Shown here: piece by piece, positions 59,514 through 64,000 of the stretch
Layout: each line of letters opens with the position of its first letter
Numbering within the stretch: position 1 is the stretch's first letter
DNA from: an uncultured Gemmatimonadales bacterium
Lineage (GTDB): Bacteria > Gemmatimonadota > Gemmatimonadetes > Gemmatimonadales > Gemmatimonadaceae
Direction: 5' to 3'
Assembly: GCA_963850905.1 (NCBI GenBank)
Contig: CAWKMU010000003.1
Coordinates: forward strand, 256,001-320,000
Length of the DNA stretch: 64,000 bases
Translations under genes and position numbers: made by a program
Notes under the pieces: model-generated
Seen by the model: the letters and a program-made list of their open reading frames with translations, nothing else
Database searches by the model: none
What the model was told of the DNA's origin: nothing

Positions 59514-61101
59514 CTACGGCCGCGTCCCGCGCTCCGCTACAGCATCCGCTATCCCGACGAGCAACCGCGACACGCGCGCCAGTTTCATGTAGTCGATCCG
59601 CGACGCGACGTCCGTGACCTGGTGGTAGTCGGCGTGTGGACCGCTGGTGAACAACACGACTGGCACGCCGTGTTCCCCATAGGGATACGAGTCCGCACGA
59701 TAGTAGATGCGTTGCGGATCGGTCGCGACGTCCCATGAGCGATTGAAGGCGAACGGCAATGGGAGCGCCGCGTTCACGGAGTCGACGAGTTGCCCGAGCG
59801 CGTGGCTGCGACCTCCGGGCATCACGTTCGGGCCGACGACGTAGAGCGAGTCGGGCGCGTTGCGGCCGACCATGTCCGCATCGATGAAGGCGACCAGCGA
59901 ATCGATCGGCACCGTCGGATGCGCTGTGAAATACCCGGACCCGAGGAGCCCCTTCTCCTCACCGGTGTGCCAGATGAAGAGCACGGATCGGCTGGGCCGC
60001 GGGCCCTGCATGAGCGTGCGCGCCGCCGCGAGCAGCGCGACGCACCCCGAGCCATCGTCGTCGGCCCCGTGCGCAATCGAGTCGCCGCGCGATGTCGACA
60101 GGATCCCGAGATGGTCGTAGTGTGCGCCGAGGGCAACCCAGGTGTTGCGCCGCGCGGTGTCGCGTCCCGGAATCGCCGCCAACACATTGTACGACTGGAT
60201 GATCGTGTGTTTGACCTCCACCGTGCCGGTGAATCGCCCGTGCAAGACCTGCGGCCGGTCGTCACGCGGCCACCGCTCGGGAAGCAACGCCGAGCCGTGC
60301 TCGGGCAGGCCGAGAAGGATCATGGGCGTCGTCTCGCCTTCGCTCGGCGACGCGTGCGGAAGATCGACCGTACGGTCCACGCCTGGCGCCGCATCGACAG
60401 CGCTCAGCGTCCCCCGGCGAAGCGCGCGGCTCGTCGCGTCGTACAGATCGGCGGACGCGCCCGTGAGCAGCACGATGACGCCCGCCGGATGCCGCGACAG
60501 AATCCGCTGCAGGCGAATGGCGATCGCCGGCGGTGACTCGAGCTCGGCCCGCCGCGATGCATCTGCCGTGGGCGGCGCGCCGTTGACGACGACGACGATG
60601 TGGCCGGCGATGGGTACATGAGCGAGGTCGTCGCCGCGGTCCGCGTGCTCGAGGCCGTACCCCACGAAGACGAGCGGTCCCTCCGCCTCGCGCCGAATCG
60701 GAGGGTAGCCGGGCCCGAGCTCCATCAGCGGTCGCAGCCCATCGAGTGCGCGTCCCTCCCCATGCGGCGGATGAATGATGAAGCGCGTTCCGCTGCCGAC
60801 GGCCGTCCGGATGAGTGGGATGCGCTGAACATAGCCGCTGTCACCCGCCGGCATCAGGCCCACCGCAGCCGCTCGAGCGGCAAGAAACGCGGCCGCGCGC
60901 GCTTCGTCGGCCGTACCGGCCTCACGCCCGCGAAATGAATCCGAGGCCAGCACCAACAGATCGCGGCGCAGCTCCGCGGCGCCCGGTGGCAAGGGATCGG
61001 GCGCATTCGAGCGGCGCGTGCGATGCGATGACCGGCGGGCTGCTGCACGCGACCACCCCGGCCACCCACATCGCGCCGACAAGCGACTGAATCCGTCCCA
61101 T
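59514..61101 (-). CDS. M28-family peptidase, lipoprotein (frameshift near 61020)
   Basis: GAHYDH, GADDDGSG, GEEKGLLGS and DYHQVTD motifs; lipobox VVA-C in the upstream frame. Confidence 0.88.
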
Positions 61102-61302
61102 CACTATTCGACTGACGACGCGGCGAACCCGCAACGCCCCGTCGACGCCCCCGCCAACGCCGTCCGCACGAACCCCGTATAAGGGAACGACCGCGACGGT
61201 TCACAGGTATGTGTCTTGGTCTCCTTTCTCCTCTCCCCTTTCTCCTTTCTACGACGACGCGCGCTAGCGCGAGTCGTCCGGGCAGGTCAGACTACAGCAG
61301 AG

Positions 61303-62070
61303 ATGATCTACATCGGGATCCCGGTCTTCAACGAAGCCCCAACGATCGGCGTGCAGCTCTGGCGTATCCGTCAGGTGTTTCAGAGCTTCCCGCGCGACTA
61401 CGAGCTGCTGGTCTACGACGACGCGAGCACGGACGCTACGGCGGAGGTGATGCGCCCGTACGCCGAAGTGCTGCCCCTGGGTATCACTCGGGGCGCGACG
61501 CACGTCGGCTATGGCGCAGCCCTCAACGCCCTCTGTCGCACGGCTGCGGCTCGCACGCGGTATGCACGTCGTGACGCGCTGATCATTATGCAGGGCGACT
61601 TCACGGATCAGCCTGAGCACATCCCCGAGCTCATCAAGCGTTTCGAGGGCGGGGCGGATCTCGTCGTCGCCGAACCGCCGGCAACCGCGGCTCGACCAAC
61701 TCCCGTGCGTCGACTCCGGTGGGTAGCGCCATGGCTGCTTCGCGCCTTCGTGCGCATCCCGGGGATCGCAGATCCGTTCAGCTCCTTTCGACTGTTTCGC
61801 ATCTCGGTCCTGCGAGATGCGTTCAAAGCAGCTGGCGGCGCCGACGCCCGCCTTGTCACACGCGATGGCTGGGCGGCAAACGCGGAATTGCTGCTGCGAA
61901 CGATTCCGGCCGCCCGGCGCGTCGAGACGGTGCAGCTCGCCCCGCGGTACGACCTGCGGCAGCGGCCGAGCCGCGTGCGCCCGATGGCCGACGCACTGAC
62001 GCTGTACCGGTTCGGCCGCGGCGCTCGAGCACTTCAGCCATCGCCCCACATTGCCGGTCGGCCGACGTGA
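61303..62070 (+). CDS. Glycosyltransferase family 2
   Basis: IPVFNE, YDDASTDAT and QGDFTD motifs. Confidence 0.85.
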   Translation: MIYIGIPVFNEAPTIGVQLWRIRQVFQSFPRDYELLVYDDASTDATAEVMRPYAEVLPLGITRGATHVGYGAALNALCRTAAARTRYARRDALIIMQGDFTDQPEHIPELIKRFEGGADLVVAEPPATAARPTPVRRLRWVAPWLLRAFVRIPGIADPFSSFRLFRISVLRDAFKAAGGADARLVTRDGWAANAELLLRTIPAARRVETVQLAPRYDLRQRPSRVRPMADALTLYRFGRGARALQPSPHIAGRPT

Positions 62071-62999
62071 CACGGCGCTGGCATGCACCGCTGGGTGCGG
62101 TGATCGCCGCGGTGATCGCGGCGTCGGTCGGCGCGCAAGCCACGTCGCCGCCCGCCGGCCTGCCCGTTGACTCGGGACGCGCCGGCAGCGACCCGCCCGC
62201 GCCGACCAGTGAGCCACCGAGCCCCGACGTCCCCTTCTCGGTAGGCGAGCGCGCAACCTACGATGTGAAATTCGGTTTCCTGCACGTCGGGACCGGCGTC
62301 ATGACCGTCGCCAACGTGCAGACGCTGCGCGGGCACGACGTGTGGCACACCGTGTTCGATATCAAGGGCGGTACACTCTTCTATCACGTCAACGACACAC
62401 TGGAGAGTTGGTTCGACGTCAGATCCCTGTCCTCACTCCGGTTTCTGCAGCGTCTCGATGAAGGGGGCAGGATTCGCAACCGGAACTACGAGATCTTTCC
62501 GGACAGCTCGCTGTACGTGCTCAACCGCAAGCCGCCGCAGCCGTCGGTTCCCGATCCGCTCGACGATGGCTCGTTCCTGTTTTTCGTTCGCACGCTGCCG
62601 CTCAACGTCGGCGAGACGTATACGTTCCCGCGCTACTTCAATCCCAAGGCGAACCCGGTCATCATCAAGGTCGTCCGGAAGGAGCGCATTCAGGTGCCCG
62701 CGGGAACGTTTCAGGCCATCGTCGTCCAGCCGATCATCAAGACGTCGGGAATCTTTGGCGACAAAGGCCACGCGGAAGTGTGGTTCTCCGATGACTCGCT
62801 ACGTATCGTGCTGCAGATGAAATCGAAGATGAGTATCGGCTCGCTCGACATGTTTCTGCGATCTTTCCAACCCGGGCGCGGAGCCGCCGCGAGCGCCCCG
62901 ACTGGCGCCGCACCCGATAGTGCGGTGCTCCCTCCAGAGCCTCCGCCCCCGGCAAATGCCGGGAAGCCCGTACAGGTCGACACGCCGAGCAAGCCCTGA
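62067..62999 (+). CDS. DUF3108-like exported protein
   Basis: Signal peptide; PFSVGERATYDV, KERIQVPAGTF and VWFSDD. Confidence 0.75.
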   Translation: MTRRWHAPLGAVIAAVIAASVGAQATSPPAGLPVDSGRAGSDPPAPTSEPPSPDVPFSVGERATYDVKFGFLHVGTGVMTVANVQTLRGHDVWHTVFDIKGGTLFYHVNDTLESWFDVRSLSSLRFLQRLDEGGRIRNRNYEIFPDSSLYVLNRKPPQPSVPDPLDDGSFLFFVRTLPLNVGETYTFPRYFNPKANPVIIKVVRKERIQVPAGTFQAIVVQPIIKTSGIFGDKGHAEVWFSDDSLRIVLQMKSKMSIGSLDMFLRSFQPGRGAAASAPTGAAPDSAVLPPEPPPPANAGKPVQVDTPSKP

Positions 63000-63016
63000 G
63001 TCCGACCAACCGCTCC

Positions 63017-63982
63017 ATGGACCGCGTACCCGAGGCCGATCTCTCGGCCGTGCGCACGATTCCCGTCGCCCAACGTCCCGCCAAGGTCTCGGCGACTGAG
63101 GTCGCGCACCCCCCGCCGACGGGCACCGCGACGTTTGGCGCGTTCATCGACTCGCTGCCAGACGTGCTGGCCGCACGCGATTTCCGCGCGGTCACGACCG
63201 CCATCGTCGACGCGCACCGCGCCGAGCGCGCCGTCCTCGTGATGGTCGGCGGCCATGTCGTCAAAACCGGATTGACCCCGTTGCTCATCGACCTGATGCA
63301 GCGCGGCGTCATTACGCACGTCGCCATGAACGGCTCAGCCGCGATTCACGACTATGAGATGGCGCGATTCGGAGCAACCTCCGAGGACGTCGCGCGCGGC
63401 CTGCGAGATGGAACGTTCGGCATGGCGGAAGAGACCGGCCGCGGGATGAACGAGGCGTTCAGCGCCGGCATGCAGTCGGGATGGGGAATGGGGGAGTCGT
63501 TGGCACGCGCGCTCGAGCGCACCACCCCGCTCGCGCATCCGGAGCTGTCGCTCTTGCTAGCCGGACGCCGGCTCGGGATCCCGCTGACGGTGCACGCGGC
63601 GATCGGCGCGGAAATCATCCACCAGCACCCCGCGACCGACGGGGCCGCCATCGGCGAGACGAGTCACCGCGACTTTCGACGGCTCGCGGCGGCGCTCGAG
63701 GGTCTGGACGGTGGTGGTGCGGTGCTCAACATCGGGAGCGCAGTCATTATGCCGGAGGTATTTCTCAAGGCGCTCACCGTCTGTCGTAATCTCAATGCGG
63801 GTCGACCCACCGGCTTCGTCACGGCAGACTTCGACATGCAGCGACACTATCGCCCGCGCGTCAATGTCGTCGATCGACCAACGCGGGACGGCGGACAGGG
63901 TTACGAGATCACAGGACACCATGAGCTCATGGTGCCACTGCTCGTGTGGGCGGTGGTCGACGCGTTAGAACGACGGCCCTGA
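63017..63982 (+). CDS. Deoxyhypusine-synthase-like fold protein of unknown function
   Basis: GGHVVKTG, MNGSAAIHDYE, GSAVIMPEVFLK and GHHE motifs. Confidence 0.7.
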   Translation: MDRVPEADLSAVRTIPVAQRPAKVSATEVAHPPPTGTATFGAFIDSLPDVLAARDFRAVTTAIVDAHRAERAVLVMVGGHVVKTGLTPLLIDLMQRGVITHVAMNGSAAIHDYEMARFGATSEDVARGLRDGTFGMAEETGRGMNEAFSAGMQSGWGMGESLARALERTTPLAHPELSLLLAGRRLGIPLTVHAAIGAEIIHQHPATDGAAIGETSHRDFRRLAAALEGLDGGGAVLNIGSAVIMPEVFLKALTVCRNLNAGRPTGFVTADFDMQRHYRPRVNVVDRPTRDGGQGYEITGHHELMVPLLVWAVVDALERRP

Positions 63983-64000
63983 GAACCGCGACCGAAGCCG

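Overview
High-GC bacterial chromosome segment. Gene content (ADOP-type permease, Ser/Thr kinase-TolB-TPR fusion, many exported peptidases) suggests Gemmatimonadota; this is an inference, not a database result. The right part (28.4-64 kb) is core-like: a nurA-herA-(exported protein)-mre11/sbcD-rad50/sbcC-GNAT operon, aminotransferase, degenerate DEAD-box protein, coaE-gcvH-lipoyl ligase, an Opp/Dpp ABC system plus POT transporter, TPR-HD-GYP, an Omp85-like protein, SPFH, GT2/DUF3108 and a DHS-like gene. The left part (about 4.7-28.4 kb) is an accessory patchwork with gene relics. Main discovery: the last codons of the GNAT gene (ACTTCCCAGTTCGAC, SNWEV-stop on the minus strand) recur at 25434, 23343 and, degenerate, at 11605. 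Each copy is followed by the same ~125-bp arm ending in GGACACA direct repeats. This pattern suggests a tandem stack of integrase-less elements inserted successively into the 3' end of the last gene of the DNA-resection operon. Other features are GTAG-type REPs, heptamer tandem repeats and many frameshifts, which are probably mostly assembly errors. No rRNA, tRNA or CRISPR array was recognised.
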